Shown in pieces: positions 47,611 through 58,104 of a stretch of DNA of 64,000 nt (the first letter of the stretch is position 1; every line of letters starts with the position of its first letter). Below the pieces are notes generated by a model. The model saw only the letters and a list, made by a program, of their open reading frames with translations, had not been told where the DNA came from and ran no database searches. The position numbers were made by a program, and so were the translations under genes. The DNA comes from Candidatus Schekmanbacteria bacterium (lineage in GTDB: Bacteria > CSSED10-310 > JACPHN01), in NCBI GenBank assembly GCA_016188575.1, contig JACPHN010000012.1:8197-72196 (forward strand), given 5' to 3'.

Positions 47611-49428
47611 TCATGCTCCGAAAAACTCGCTCCCCACTCCGCGCCGCATGCAACGCGCGTACGCCGCGGGCCAAACCCTGTTGAGCCAATACGAGGCTTT
47701 CCCCATGCGGGAGAGGACGAGCCGGTCCCGGCGCCGCGCCGCCTGCTGTACGATCGCGACCGCGACGTCTTGCGGCCGCGCCATCGCGCCGATGATCACC
47801 CGGGGCCGAGCTACCGGATTGCCGTCGCCGCCGAGAGCCGCGGTGTCGATCGGCGTATCCGTAAAGCCCGGACAGACGAGATGCACGCCGATGCCGGATC
47901 CGCAGAGCTCCGCCCGCAGGCTGTCAAAGAAACCGTGAAGCGCGTGCTTGCTGGCCGCATAGCCGGCGCGGCCTACCAGCGGGGCGAAGCCCGCGATGCT
48001 GGAAATCACTACAATCCGACCGCGCGCCTGGCGAAGAAACGGCAAGGCCGCCTGCGTGCAGTACACAGCGCCGAAGAAGTTTACCTCCATGACCTTGCGG
48101 ATCACCTCCGCCCGCGTCTGCTCAACGAGGCTGCGGTGCGAAATGCCGGCGTTGTTGACGAGCACGTCGACGCCGCCGAAGTCCGTCGCGATCTCCGCGA
48201 ACGTCCGCCGAACGCGCTCGGCATCGGTAACATCACAAGTGTACGGCCGGGCGCGCACCTGTCGCGCCGCCAGGTCCATGGCCAGGGCCTCGACCCCGGG
48301 TCCGTCGCGGTCGATTATCGCGATCTGGCCGCCGGCCTCGGCGAACTCCTGGGCCAGGGCGCGGCCGAGCCCCCCGGCAGCGCCGGTAATCACCACGGTG
48401 CGGCCGGAAAAGGCGCCCCGCCCGCGGCGGTACACGCCAAACGCCGCGCGCGAGGTGCAGCGCGGGGTGAAGCCGAGCTCGCGCTTGAGCCGATCATTGG
48501 ACATCACCGGTCGGTACTGCAGGAATTTGAGCTGTTCGGGGCCAACCTGGCTCAGTCGGAGTCGCCTGAGCACCGCGAGGACGCGCGCCAGCAGACGCGG
48601 CGGCACGGACAGATACGGCTTCCCCATACACCTGGCGATCTCTCTAAGCGTCATCACCCCGTCACCGACAAGATTGTAGATTCCGGTCCGCGCCGAGAAG
48701 ACTCCCAGCAACACCGCGGCGACGACGTCCTCATCCCAGGTGAAGGTGAAGGGTGCGGCACTGCCCTTGACGCCGAGAACGAACGGCCTCTCGAACAGCC
48801 TGGTGATCAGGTTAGCGGTCGTGCTGCCGAGTATCGTGCCAGCGCGCAGCACCAGTTGGGCAAGCTCAGGGTGGTCGGCGCGGTAGCGCGCAAGCGCTTC
48901 TTCGACCAGTCGCTTGCTCCGCGCATAGGGGAAATCATCGTTGCCCCGCAACGGATCCCGCTCGTCCAGGCAAGGGGAGCTATCGGGATGATAACCGTAG
49001 GCCGCGCCACTGCTCAGGACGATCACCTTGCGAACCTTCGCTGCGACGCTGGCGGCGAGCAGATTTTGCATGCCCGCCACGTCCGCGTCGAGCTGGCCGC
49101 CTTGAGTGCCTTGCGGAGCGGGATTGAGGGTCGCCGCCAGATGAACCACAGTGTCGATCCGGTGTTCGCGCAAGACCGCGACAAGCTTCTCGCTTTGGAC
49201 GTCCAGGAGCGCGTGCACGACCCCTGGCAGGCGCGAGGTCACCGGCAGCTCACGGATATCCGCGGCCACGATCGTCGCGACCGACCGGCGCTCGCGAGCA
49301 AGAGCCGCGGTAAGCAGACGCCCCACGTAGCCCGCAGCACCGGTAATGAGGACAGCACGGGCACTCTCGGGTGACGACTCGGTGCTTTGCTCTGTTTCGG
49401 GTGGCATTTGTCGACTCTCCGTGCCCAC
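47611..49428 (-). CDS. Fused NAD-dependent epimerase/dehydratase + classical SDR
   Basis: Two Rossmann motifs (TGAAGYVG, TGAAGGLG) and two YxxxK motifs (YARSK, YAASK). Confidence 0.88.
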   Translation of the reverse strand: MGTESRQMPPETEQSTESSPESARAVLITGAAGYVGRLLTAALARERRSVATIVAADIRELPVTSRLPGVVHALLDVQSEKLVAVLREHRIDTVVHLAATLNPAPQGTQGGQLDADVAGMQNLLAASVAAKVRKVIVLSSGAAYGYHPDSSPCLDERDPLRGNDDFPYARSKRLVEEALARYRADHPELAQLVLRAGTILGSTTANLITRLFERPFVLGVKGSAAPFTFTWDEDVVAAVLLGVFSARTGIYNLVGDGVMTLREIARCMGKPYLSVPPRLLARVLAVLRRLRLSQVGPEQLKFLQYRPVMSNDRLKRELGFTPRCTSRAAFGVYRRGRGAFSGRTVVITGAAGGLGRALAQEFAEAGGQIAIIDRDGPGVEALAMDLAARQVRARPYTCDVTDAERVRRTFAEIATDFGGVDVLVNNAGISHRSLVEQTRAEVIRKVMEVNFFGAVYCTQAALPFLRQARGRIVVISSIAGFAPLVGRAGYAASKHALHGFFDSLRAELCGSGIGVHLVCPGFTDTPIDTAALGGDGNPVARPRVIIGAMARPQDVAVAIVQQAARRRDRLVLSRMGKASYWLNRVWPAAYARCMRRGVGSEFFGA

Positions 49429-49431
49429 GGG

Positions 49432-51207
49432 CTAGCGCCCCGGTTCCTCGTGCATCGCTTTGAAATCCCGCAGGTTTGGCGCCCATAGATGCTTCACCGG
49501 GTCGACATCGACGTGCACCACCGCACACCGCCCCGCCCGGAGGCAACGCGCGAGCGCCCCACGCAGCGCCTGCGGGTCGCCGACACGCTCCGCGTATGCT
49601 CCCAGGGCGCGGCCCAGCTTGTCGAATTCGATCTCGCGGAAGTCGGTGTTGATGGTCTCATCCGGTCCCAACGATCGCAGCAGCAGCGTCTTGAGAGGTC
49701 GCAACGCAAACTGCTGGTTCATCTTGACCATTCCCCACTGCTTGTCGCACAGCACCAAAAAGATGACGTCGAGCCCATCGCGCACCGCGGTTTCGATCTC
49801 CTGGCAGTGCATGGCCATCGCCCCGTCACCGATGATGCAATAGACCGTGCGCGCGGGGTGAGCAACCTTGGCGCCCAGGGCCTGGCCGATCCCGGCACCG
49901 AGCATGCCCATCTTGAACGTCGTCAGCACCGAGCGCGGCGCGCGGACCTCGTGGTAAAACTGCGCCCAGATCGACGTATTGCCGCCGTCCACGACGAGGA
50001 TAGCGTCATCACCGAACACCTCCTGGCAGATGCCGGCGACGTGCGCGGAGCACATGGGCACGGAGGTGTCGGACAGTGCGCTGTCGAGCTTCTGGCGGCG
50101 CGCCCGGCAGGCGGCGCCAAGCCGCTCGACGAAGGCGCGGCGCTCCGGCATCGCCGCCGGCGGATTCAGCGCCTGCAGGCGCTCGAGGAGCGCGACGAGG
50201 AAAGATCTGGCGTCGGCCTGAATCGCGAGGTCGGCGGGTCTGTTAGCGCCGAGCGGATCGGGCTCGAGGTCAACGTGGATCAGACGTTGCTGCCGTGGAT
50301 CACCCCAGTAGGGCGGCTTTCCCCACCAGTCGGTCTCCCCCATCCGCGTGCCGACAGCCAGCACGACGTCCGCACCGCGGCGCGCCTCGTTGACCGCCTC
50401 GACATAGATCATGGGGACAGCGTGGCGAGCACGCTCGTCAACCGCCGACCGCCCCCCCCAGCTTGTCGTGATGGGCGCTTCCAGGAGCGCCGCCAGCGCC
50501 GCGAGCTCGCGACCCGCATCCCCATGCAGCACACCCGAGCCCGCATGAAGGAGCGGGCGACGCGCCTCGGCGAGCATCGCCGCGGCGGCGGCAACCGCAG
50601 CCGGGGACGGGTGCGGAAGCTCGGCGCGATAGGTCTCGGGCGCACGGAACCAGGCGTCGTCAGAGTCGAACGTGCCGTTCATGATGTTCTCCGGAACGTC
50701 GACGTGCACCACTCCAGGGCGCCCCATGAAGCAGGTCCGCAGCGCGCGCCTGAGAATCTCCGCGAGCCGGTCCGCCGCGGGAACCACGCAGCTCCACTTC
50801 GCCATCGACTTGATGACCTCGACGTGCGGGAAGTATTGAAAAGTGCCGCCCCGATCGGGATACGAAATCCCCGTTCGGCGGCAGCTCGTGATCAGCAAGA
50901 CGCGGTTTCCCTCCGCGTTTTCCACGGCGATCCCGGGCAAGATGTTGGCGACACCGGGTCCGTTGCTGGCGATGCAGACGCCGAGCTTTCCGGTAGACCG
51001 CGCGTACGCCCCGGCCATGTGCGCGGCGCAGGTTTCGTGGCGCGGGGATACGAGTCGGATGCCGTTTTCCGCCAGCTTCGAGTAGAACCCGAAGTAGGTT
51101 CCGTCGATGATGCCGAAGACGTGCTCGACGTGCTCGGCGGCGAGCATCCTGGCCGCGATTTCGCCGCCCTTGACGTGCTGCCGACTCGTGCTCGCGATGA
51201 GCGCCAT
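49432..51207 (-). CDS. Thiamine-pyrophosphate-binding enzyme (acetolactate synthase-like)
   Basis: RHE..AAHMA, GPG, GDGA TPP motif. Start ATG 51207 after GGAGG. Confidence 0.9.
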   Translation of the reverse strand: MALIASTSRQHVKGGEIAARMLAAEHVEHVFGIIDGTYFGFYSKLAENGIRLVSPRHETCAAHMAGAYARSTGKLGVCIASNGPGVANILPGIAVENAEGNRVLLITSCRRTGISYPDRGGTFQYFPHVEVIKSMAKWSCVVPAADRLAEILRRALRTCFMGRPGVVHVDVPENIMNGTFDSDDAWFRAPETYRAELPHPSPAAVAAAAAMLAEARRPLLHAGSGVLHGDAGRELAALAALLEAPITTSWGGRSAVDERARHAVPMIYVEAVNEARRGADVVLAVGTRMGETDWWGKPPYWGDPRQQRLIHVDLEPDPLGANRPADLAIQADARSFLVALLERLQALNPPAAMPERRAFVERLGAACRARRQKLDSALSDTSVPMCSAHVAGICQEVFGDDAILVVDGGNTSIWAQFYHEVRAPRSVLTTFKMGMLGAGIGQALGAKVAHPARTVYCIIGDGAMAMHCQEIETAVRDGLDVIFLVLCDKQWGMVKMNQQFALRPLKTLLLRSLGPDETINTDFREIEFDKLGRALGAYAERVGDPQALRGALARCLRAGRCAVVHVDVDPVKHLWAPNLRDFKAMHEEPGR

Positions 51208-51257
51208 GTGAGATCCTCCCGAAGTTGGAGCAATGCCGGGGCCGGGCCGGCGCGATG

Positions 51258-51302
51258 TTAACCGATCGGTTAAATAATAAGCATGCCAGGGCAATCGGTC
51301 AA
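51258..51302 (-). promoter_or_regulatory. Sigma70 promoter with palindromic operator (probable TetR site)
   Basis: TTGACC-N17-TATTAT directly followed by the perfect 16-bp palindrome TTAACCGATCGGTTAA (51258-51273). Confidence 0.75.
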
Positions 51303-51323
51303 GTGACAAGAGCGCAGAGCTCG

Positions 51324-51372
51324 CTCTATCCACCGCCGGTTCGCCGTCGCTGTGACAGTGACCCCCTCCCTC
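51324..51372 (-). repeat. Partial inverted copy D of the dispersed element
   Basis: TATCCACCGCCGGTTCG..GTGACAGTG..CCCTCCC matches the reverse complement of the right end of copy C. Confidence 0.6.
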
Positions 51373-51628
51373 GCCCTGCAAGCGGCATAAGCGCCCGGAT
51401 AAGGAATGGCAGCGCGTAATAGCCATCCTCCGCTCACTGGAGGGAGGCCAGGAGAGGGGAACAACGGCGAGAAATTCCTCGGGCCCGAGGCAACCTCGGC
51501 CCCCCGACGGTCGCGGGGACGATCTCTGACCGGTTTGTGCAGCCTGACCTGCCGACATGCGTCGGGCAGGCTCGGCCAGGACTCGCCCGCGAGATCCCGC
51601 CTGGCGAGGCGCACAGGTCCCGACCCGA

Positions 51629-54600
51629 TCACTTCTCTGGATCTGGCCCGCGACGATCTTCCCGTCGCGCAACGGGACGAGCGGTCGAGCGACGCCGAGC
51701 ATGAGCGGGTCGCGGGACGCAAGGCAATCCGGCGGCGAGGAGCAACAGGCACAGAACCTTGGGGTCGAGCAACGGCACCCCGTCCGCGGCCGGGGCGGTT
51801 TCGCAGACCGTGTTGGAAAGCTGGCCGTCCTGGCCTCCCTTCGTCGCCTTCACGGCGAAGCAGTAGGTGTCTCCTGGCGAGAACAGGTTCGGAAAGGTAA
51901 GCGACGTTTGTCTGGAAACCTGGATCTGGCCCGAGAGCTGATCCGCGGATACCCCCCAATAGACAATGTAGTCGGTTGCTCGCGCGGCAGGCTGCCAGCT
52001 AAGGGTAGCGCTGTAGGCGCCCGCTCGCGGCAAGCGGCCCGCCAGAGCAGTGGTCGTCGCATCGGGCGCCGTCGCCGAGGGAGCTCCGAACATGATGCCC
52101 AGCGCCACCCCGCGCGCGATTCCGACCGGAGCGTCCACCACGAACGATGCTACGGGGCCGTCGGGAAGCGCATTGCCATCGGAGTCAGCGACGCGAATAA
52201 GCTGAAAGGTGTAGGACCCATCGGGCGCCAGCTCCCCGACTTCGTAGCTCGCAGTCGCATTCGTCGTTGAGCGCCACTCGAGGTCCACGTTCGCCACCTG
52301 AACGTCATCCTGAAGCACCAGGACGCGCCCTTGGTCCGTGCTCATCGGCCGGCTGAGCGCGATCGTCAGCCCGACAGTCTCGCTTCCCGCGATGGGTGGC
52401 GACGCCATCGCGCTCACGACGAAGGCGGGCGCGTCGGCTATGGGAACGGCCGAGGGGTTGTCCCAGAAGACCGAACCCCTCGCATAACTGTCCGCATGGT
52501 CGTAAATGCGCCGGGCGATCTCGAAGCCGTCGGTGGTCCCCCAGTAGCTCCCCTCCGCGTGAGCTCCCGGCCCCGGCCACGGCGGAGCCACGACATCGAA
52601 CAGCCCGGAACCGCCCGTGTTGTTCGCCGTGATGTTATTGGACTGGATCGAGGCGTACCCGTCGAGAAGCATACCGCCCCGATTGCCCGTAATCGTGTTG
52701 TTGGTGACGACCGCTTCGGCGGAGCGGATGCGCAGCGGATGCTCCGCGAGCCCCCCCGTGACGGACGACCCGTAGAGGATGGAGTCGCCGCCGAGATCGA
52801 TCCTGCCGATGCCGTCAAAGGAGCTATTCCGGACCGCCGCGGGAGCAAGCACGACCTCGTCGGCCACTCCGGCCATGCGACAATCCTGGATGAGGGGCCC
52901 CCCGGCAATTTCACCGCCGATGTACACCGCGCTGAGCCCTTCTGCAAGCTCGCAGTGCTCGAGAATCGATCCGCCGATGTAGCTCCCTTCGGCGTCGACG
53001 ACTCCGGGTTGCCCATCCGCGCCGAAGATGATCGTCACCCTGCAATAGGTGGAGCCGGCCTCACAGCTTTCCTTGTCGATCGGCGCAATCGTGATGGGTA
53101 GTCCTCCATCCGCGCCGCGGGCGATTAGGGTGCCGTCCACGAGCAGAAGCGCCAGGTGGTCGAAAAGGAGCTCCGCCCCCCCCACGATCTCCAGGCTCGC
53201 GCCAGACTTGACGTGCGTCGTGCCGACGAAGCGATAGCGTCCACCCGCGGGGAGACGGAGGATGCCGTCGACATCGCCGGTGATCTCCTGCGCGACCGGC
53301 AAGGTCACCGTCGACTGACGGTGAGGCTCCTGTGCGATGAGAATCGTCAAGTCCATCGACACGTCCCACGCGGAAACCTCCGAGCCGACCGTGACGAGAA
53401 AGGGAGCCCCGACATTGCTCAACTCGTCCCCCGACGGGGCTCGCGCAAAGGTCACCGCGGCGCTGCCGACCGTGACGCCCCGCTCGGTCGTTTCCAGCGT
53501 GGCCGTAACTCCCTCGGCGGAGAAGGTGGCATCGCTCAGGTGCACAATCAACCCAACCGTCTCGCCGTGCTCGGCGGCACCGTCGCCATCGCAAGATGGA
53601 CAGCCGGGCGTTGGGGAGTCGTCGACGTCGACATCGGTGACTTGTAGATTCAGGGGCGGGGTCGCAGTCAGCGCCGCGTGGGCGTCCACCAATCTGACTC
53701 TGACTGCGGACTCTTCCCGGTAAGGCGCGGTGTGCACGACTTGCAGAGCGGCTCGGCGAATGTCCCAGTCGGGATGAAGCGACACGACCAGCGCGATCAC
53801 GCCCGCGACGTGTGGTGCGGCCATGCTGGTCCCTTCCCATGAGGAATAGGTCTGGCCGGTCATGGTCGACCAGATTCCCGTGCCGGGGGCGTAGACATCC
53901 ACCCAATCCCCGTAGTTGGAAAAGGGCGCGCGCCCGCCCGACGTGTCGGTTGCGCCGACACCGATCACGTGGTCGTAGGCGGCGGGGTATGTAGGCGCTT
54001 CCCAGCCGTCGTTGCCGGCAGCTCCGACGCAGACCATCCCGGCGGTCTCCGCGGCCGCGTCGACCGCCTCGCGGACCGCCTCGGAGCTCGTATGGAAACC
54101 GAGCGCCAGAACGGCCACCTTGGCGTCGCCTTCGGCCGCCTTCAGGATCCCCTCGGCAACCAGGGACACGGTACTGGCTCCTCCCATTCCGAGCACCTTG
54201 ATCGGCAAGATTCGACAGCCCCAGCACACTCCGGCGATTCCCCTGCTGTTGTTTCCGTCCGCTGCCGCTATTCCCGCCACGTGCGTGCCGTGCCCGGAAT
54301 CGTCATACAAAGGGCGCGCCGAGCTGGGAGAACCGTTGACCAGATCCCACCCGGGAATGGTGAGCAGGCGATCGGCCGAGAAGTCGGGGTGGTCGGCGGC
54401 GAGGCCGCTGTCAATCACGGCGATGGTCACCGACGAGTCGCCGGTCGTGACCTCCCAGGCCTCGGGTGCGTTGATGTCGACGTTCACGTGGGAATCCGGG
54501 GTCGTAGGGGAGTCCAGGCCCCACTGGGAGCTAAACTTGGGGTCGTCGGGTACGAGGCCGGCTGCGGTGACCACCGCATCGAGCTCTGCCCATTCGACAT

Positions 54601-55054
54601 CCGCGTTTTGGGCCAGGTCTCGCTGCGCCGCGGCCGCCTCCCCGGAATCGTCGAAGCTCAGGATGAGCGTGCGCAGCAGCCCCCCGATGGCTTCCGCTCC
54701 GGCTACGGCTCGCTCGTCTCGGCGGTTGAGAGATTTCATGCGCAGCGCGAGAAGAGCCGCGCGCGAGCGGTACAATGGCCGGACCGCCGTGGCACCGAAT
54801 GCGAACCGATCGACCTCAGCCGGCACGCCCGCAGCCTGCAGCCGCTGGCCGAGGCTCGATCCCGCGCTCAGCTTGACGATTACCTGTGCCGGTACCGGCT
54901 CCTTTCCGCCGGCGCGCCCGGCGGGCAGCGTCAGGGTCATCGCCGCGAGAACGACGAAGGCCAGACGGGCCACCGCTGCGGCCCGGAAGAGACCCTGGCG
55001 CCCGAGGACGCGACCACGACTCCAAGGATCTCGACAACTATTCGCACTGCTCAC
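51629..55054 (-). CDS. Multidomain S8 subtilase with C-terminal sorting-like tail
   Basis: Triad VIDSG / HGTHVAG / GTSMAAPHVAG. Beta-helix and FN3-like regions. Tail VPLL + hydrophobic segment + RRR. Confidence 0.88.
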   Translation of the reverse strand: MSSANSCRDPWSRGRVLGRQGLFRAAAVARLAFVVLAAMTLTLPAGRAGGKEPVPAQVIVKLSAGSSLGQRLQAAGVPAEVDRFAFGATAVRPLYRSRAALLALRMKSLNRRDERAVAGAEAIGGLLRTLILSFDDSGEAAAAQRDLAQNADVEWAELDAVVTAAGLVPDDPKFSSQWGLDSPTTPDSHVNVDINAPEAWEVTTGDSSVTIAVIDSGLAADHPDFSADRLLTIPGWDLVNGSPSSARPLYDDSGHGTHVAGIAAADGNNSRGIAGVCWGCRILPIKVLGMGGASTVSLVAEGILKAAEGDAKVAVLALGFHTSSEAVREAVDAAAETAGMVCVGAAGNDGWEAPTYPAAYDHVIGVGATDTSGGRAPFSNYGDWVDVYAPGTGIWSTMTGQTYSSWEGTSMAAPHVAGVIALVVSLHPDWDIRRAALQVVHTAPYREESAVRVRLVDAHAALTATPPLNLQVTDVDVDDSPTPGCPSCDGDGAAEHGETVGLIVHLSDATFSAEGVTATLETTERGVTVGSAAVTFARAPSGDELSNVGAPFLVTVGSEVSAWDVSMDLTILIAQEPHRQSTVTLPVAQEITGDVDGILRLPAGGRYRFVGTTHVKSGASLEIVGGAELLFDHLALLLVDGTLIARGADGGLPITIAPIDKESCEAGSTYCRVTIIFGADGQPGVVDAEGSYIGGSILEHCELAEGLSAVYIGGEIAGGPLIQDCRMAGVADEVVLAPAAVRNSSFDGIGRIDLGGDSILYGSSVTGGLAEHPLRIRSAEAVVTNNTITGNRGGMLLDGYASIQSNNITANNTGGSGLFDVVAPPWPGPGAHAEGSYWGTTDGFEIARRIYDHADSYARGSVFWDNPSAVPIADAPAFVVSAMASPPIAGSETVGLTIALSRPMSTDQGRVLVLQDDVQVANVDLEWRSTTNATASYEVGELAPDGSYTFQLIRVADSDGNALPDGPVASFVVDAPVGIARGVALGIMFGAPSATAPDATTTALAGRLPRAGAYSATLSWQPAARATDYIVYWGVSADQLSGQIQVSRQTSLTFPNLFSPGDTYCFAVKATKGGQDGQLSNTVCETAPAADGVPLLDPKVLCLLLLAAGLPCVPRPAHARRRSTARPVARREDRRGPDPEK

Positions 55055-55274
55055 CTCTGGCTCCTCCGTATGCGAACGAAAAGGCCCCCGGGGGAGGGTT
55101 CACCCCAGGGAATCGACGCCTACCCGGCGTGCTGCCCTCGATTATCATTGTGGTCCGTCGCAGGAAATTCGGCCAGCCACCGGCCCGCCCACGGGAGTGG
55201 CCAGGCCGGGAAAGGAAACGCCGCGCTGCTTGCCCACCGGGTGGCCCGGCCCGGGTTGATAGTTTCCGGGTAAA

Positions 55275-55315
55275 TGTTCACCCCCTCCCCCCCAGGCGGA
55301 GGGAGGGGGTGAACA
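55275..55315 (-). terminator. Intrinsic terminator hairpin
   Basis: TGTTCACCCCCTCCC / GGGAGGGGGTGAACA perfect stem just after the stop at 55334. Confidence 0.7.
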
Positions 55316-55333
55316 GATACGTTTCCCGCCGTT

Positions 55334-58027
55334 TCAGTCGAGGTCGACGAGCTCCGAGCCGGCATTGCAAATCCCGGCGTAACACCCGCTCATCACGTGA
55401 GCGACCCCGGCATCATCCCACTTGAAATCCTCTCCCGGCACCCCGATAACCAGCTCCTCCCGCCAATCCGAATCGAGGTCGCCGGCCAGGAGCGCCGCTC
55501 CAAAGCGGTCCCCTGATTCCGCAACTCCCGCCGAAGCGATCGTGTCCTGATGCCACAACTGGTCCTCGGCGGCATGCAGGCCGCTCGGCTTGCCCCGAAT
55601 GATGATGACCCCACCAGCGTTCTGGATGGAGCCGACAGCTTCTCCAGGGATGCCGATGGCCAGATCCGCGCTACCATCTCCGATAAGGTCACCGGCGGCG
55701 AGGCTGGCGCCAAGCAGGTCACCAGCTTCCGAAACGCCGGCAATTCCCGGGCTGTTCTGTGTCCACCGCTGATTGCCCGCGCTCGACAGACCGCAAGCCT
55801 GTCCGTAAAGGACGGCCACTGCTCCCGCGTCCTCGGCGCCGTCTACGAGCTGCCCGGGAATGCCGACCGCCAGATCGTCGAACCCATCCCCGTCGAAGTC
55901 AGCGGCAGCCACGGACCTTCCGTAGAAGTCTCCGAGCTCCGCGGCGCCTTCGAGGCCAGCCAAGCCCTCGTACCACTGCTGGCTTTCGGCGCTGCCGGCA
56001 CCCATGCTCGGACTCCCGTACAGCACGTGTATCGCCCCGGCATTCCGCTGCGTGGCGACCGCTTCGCCGGGGGCGCCGACGACCAGGTCCGCGAGCTGAT
56101 CGCCGTTGAAGTCTCCCGACGTCAGGCTGGCGCCAAAAAGATCGCCGGCCTCCGCCACGCCGGCGATCCCGGTGCTGTTCTGGCTCCACAGTTGGCCAGC
56201 AACCAGGCCTCGACCGGTCCCGAAAAGGACATTGACGGCCCCGGCGAAGTCCTTCCCGTCCACGTTCTCGCCGGGGACGCCAATGGCCAGATCGTCGTGG
56301 CCGTTGCCGTCGAAGTCGCCGCTGGTGAGCGCGGCGCCAAACCGGTCTCCGGTCTCTGCCACGCCTGGAACCTGATCGCTGTCCTGGTGCCAGCGCTGGC
56401 TGGCCTTGTACGTGAGGCCGGCTGGCGCGCCGTAGAGCACCACGACGGCGCCGGCGGCCGCCTTCCCGTTGAGCGATTCACCCGGAGCTCCAATGGCGAG
56501 GTCGTCACATGTGTCCCCGTTGAAATCCGCCGCTGACAGCGCGGCGCCAAAGCCATCGCCGGCCTCGCTTTTGCCTTTCACACCCGGCGTATCCTGGGTA
56601 ATCGTCTCATCGGGCTCGCTGGCAAAGGGCCTGGGGCCCCAGTAGACGACCACCCCGCCCGAGCCTACTTTTCCGTCTCGATCTCGGTCCGGCTCACCAA
56701 GCGCCAGATCCTGGTTGCCATCGCAGTTGAAGTCGCCGATCGCCATGCTGGAGCCGAGCTCCGCTCCGTGTCGGGCGAAGAGCAGGCGATTCGGAGAACC
56801 GGCGCCGATGTTGGAGAGCGCGCCCGTCGTCGCGGTGCCGAGGATCCAGGCGGCGACCTCGTCCGGATGAGCCGCGGGATGCTCGCCCAGGTACTGCGCC
56901 GCTACTCCAGCGACGTGGGGCGCGGCCATCGAGGTCCCTCTCATCGTTTTCGTTGCAGTCGAACTGGCGAGGCCGGCTGACTTGATGCCGGCACCCGGAG
57001 CAAAGATGTCCACGCATGCCCCGAAGTTCGACCCCTTCGCATCGCCTTCGTCCGTCTTCCCCCAGTCGTCCACGTCGGGACGCCGGTCCGTCTCATCCAC
57101 CGCTCCGACCGTCAGCAGCCGAGCGACGCGGGCAGGCGACCGGTTGCAAGCATCCGCATCCTGATTTCCGGCGGCGACGACCACCGTGATGCCGACGTTC
57201 CACAAGCTCAGCACGCTCTCGTCGACGGCCTCGTTCGCATTGAAGCTGAGGCTCATGTTGGCGACTGCCGGGGCGATGTGGTGCTCGATCGTCCACTCCA
57301 CACCGGAAATCAGGTGCTCACTGTTGGCCTTGACAACTTTCGCGCAGTCGAAAATGCGCACTGGATGCACGATCGCCTGCCGCGCGACCCCTAGGGTCTC
57401 ACCCAATGCAATTGCCGCCACGTGGGTGCCATGCCCTTTTTCGCAGTCGGCCGTACCGTTTCCGTCCTGGATGAGGTCCTTCCCATTTCCGACGCGGCCG
57501 GCAAATTCGGTGTGTGCCGCATACAGCCCGCTGTCGAAGACGTAAACGTGAACGCCCGTTCCAGCGCTGCCGTACGTGTAGCCGGAATCCAGAGGCAGGT
57601 GTCGCTGGTCGATGCGATCGAGCCCCCAGGCCCCGTTCACCACGGCCTCCTCGACTTCGCCCACGACCACCGGGGAAATGTACCGAACGGCAGCATCTTT
57701 CCGGAGCTCTTCGAGGGCGGCCTCGTCGAGCTGGGCAGAGAATCCCTCGAGCGCGAGCGCGAACGCGCGGCGGGTGGAAACGCCGCGAGCCTTCGCGAAG
57801 TCACGCACGCGCTGCCTTCTGGTTTCCGGATCCGAGATTTCATTCCGGTCTCCGGCCGTCCCGCTCTCCAGCGCCACTATGTAGAGACCCGGGATTTCCC
57901 GAGCGGGCGCCGGAGGGGCCGGAAACTGGCCGACCTCCGCTCTGGCGAAGACGGAGGTGAGGACGAAGAGTGCGCTGATTTTGCAGCCGAGCTTTTTTGA
58001 TCCAGTCATGGGATGTCTTTCTCGCAA
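55334..58027 (-). CDS. Aqualysin/proteinase K-like S8 peptidase with I9 propeptide and FG-GAP repeats
   Basis: WGLDRIDQ, FDSG, HGTHVA, GTSMAAPHVAG, then about seven GDFxGDGxxDLAIGxPGE repeats. Confidence 0.92.
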   Translation of the reverse strand: MRERHPMTGSKKLGCKISALFVLTSVFARAEVGQFPAPPAPAREIPGLYIVALESGTAGDRNEISDPETRRQRVRDFAKARGVSTRRAFALALEGFSAQLDEAALEELRKDAAVRYISPVVVGEVEEAVVNGAWGLDRIDQRHLPLDSGYTYGSAGTGVHVYVFDSGLYAAHTEFAGRVGNGKDLIQDGNGTADCEKGHGTHVAAIALGETLGVARQAIVHPVRIFDCAKVVKANSEHLISGVEWTIEHHIAPAVANMSLSFNANEAVDESVLSLWNVGITVVVAAGNQDADACNRSPARVARLLTVGAVDETDRRPDVDDWGKTDEGDAKGSNFGACVDIFAPGAGIKSAGLASSTATKTMRGTSMAAPHVAGVAAQYLGEHPAAHPDEVAAWILGTATTGALSNIGAGSPNRLLFARHGAELGSSMAIGDFNCDGNQDLALGEPDRDRDGKVGSGGVVVYWGPRPFASEPDETITQDTPGVKGKSEAGDGFGAALSAADFNGDTCDDLAIGAPGESLNGKAAAGAVVVLYGAPAGLTYKASQRWHQDSDQVPGVAETGDRFGAALTSGDFDGNGHDDLAIGVPGENVDGKDFAGAVNVLFGTGRGLVAGQLWSQNSTGIAGVAEAGDLFGASLTSGDFNGDQLADLVVGAPGEAVATQRNAGAIHVLYGSPSMGAGSAESQQWYEGLAGLEGAAELGDFYGRSVAAADFDGDGFDDLAVGIPGQLVDGAEDAGAVAVLYGQACGLSSAGNQRWTQNSPGIAGVSEAGDLLGASLAAGDLIGDGSADLAIGIPGEAVGSIQNAGGVIIIRGKPSGLHAAEDQLWHQDTIASAGVAESGDRFGAALLAGDLDSDWREELVIGVPGEDFKWDDAGVAHVMSGCYAGICNAGSELVDLD

Positions 58028-58062
58028 GGTGATTTGAGGCGGAGCTTTCAGGGTGGCTGACA

Positions 58063-58084
58063 GGGGGACCCGGGCGGGTCCCCC
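58063..58084 (-). terminator. Hairpin between protease genes
   Basis: GGGGGACCC / GGGTCCCCC stem. Confidence 0.45.
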
Positions 58085-58104
58085 GAACGACGCCCTACCC
58101 AGAC

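Noticed and set aside
47470-51261. Long plus-strand ORFs (47470-49374, 49489-51261; likewise 3943-5160, 23827-25512, 30186-31577)
   Set aside because: These are antisense shadows of well-supported genes, expected from GC-rich codon bias, and show no motifs.
55400-56760. Periodic DNA repeats as a CRISPR or other non-coding array
   Set aside because: They are degenerate coding FG-GAP repeats inside the S8 protease. There is no repeat-spacer structure and no cas gene.
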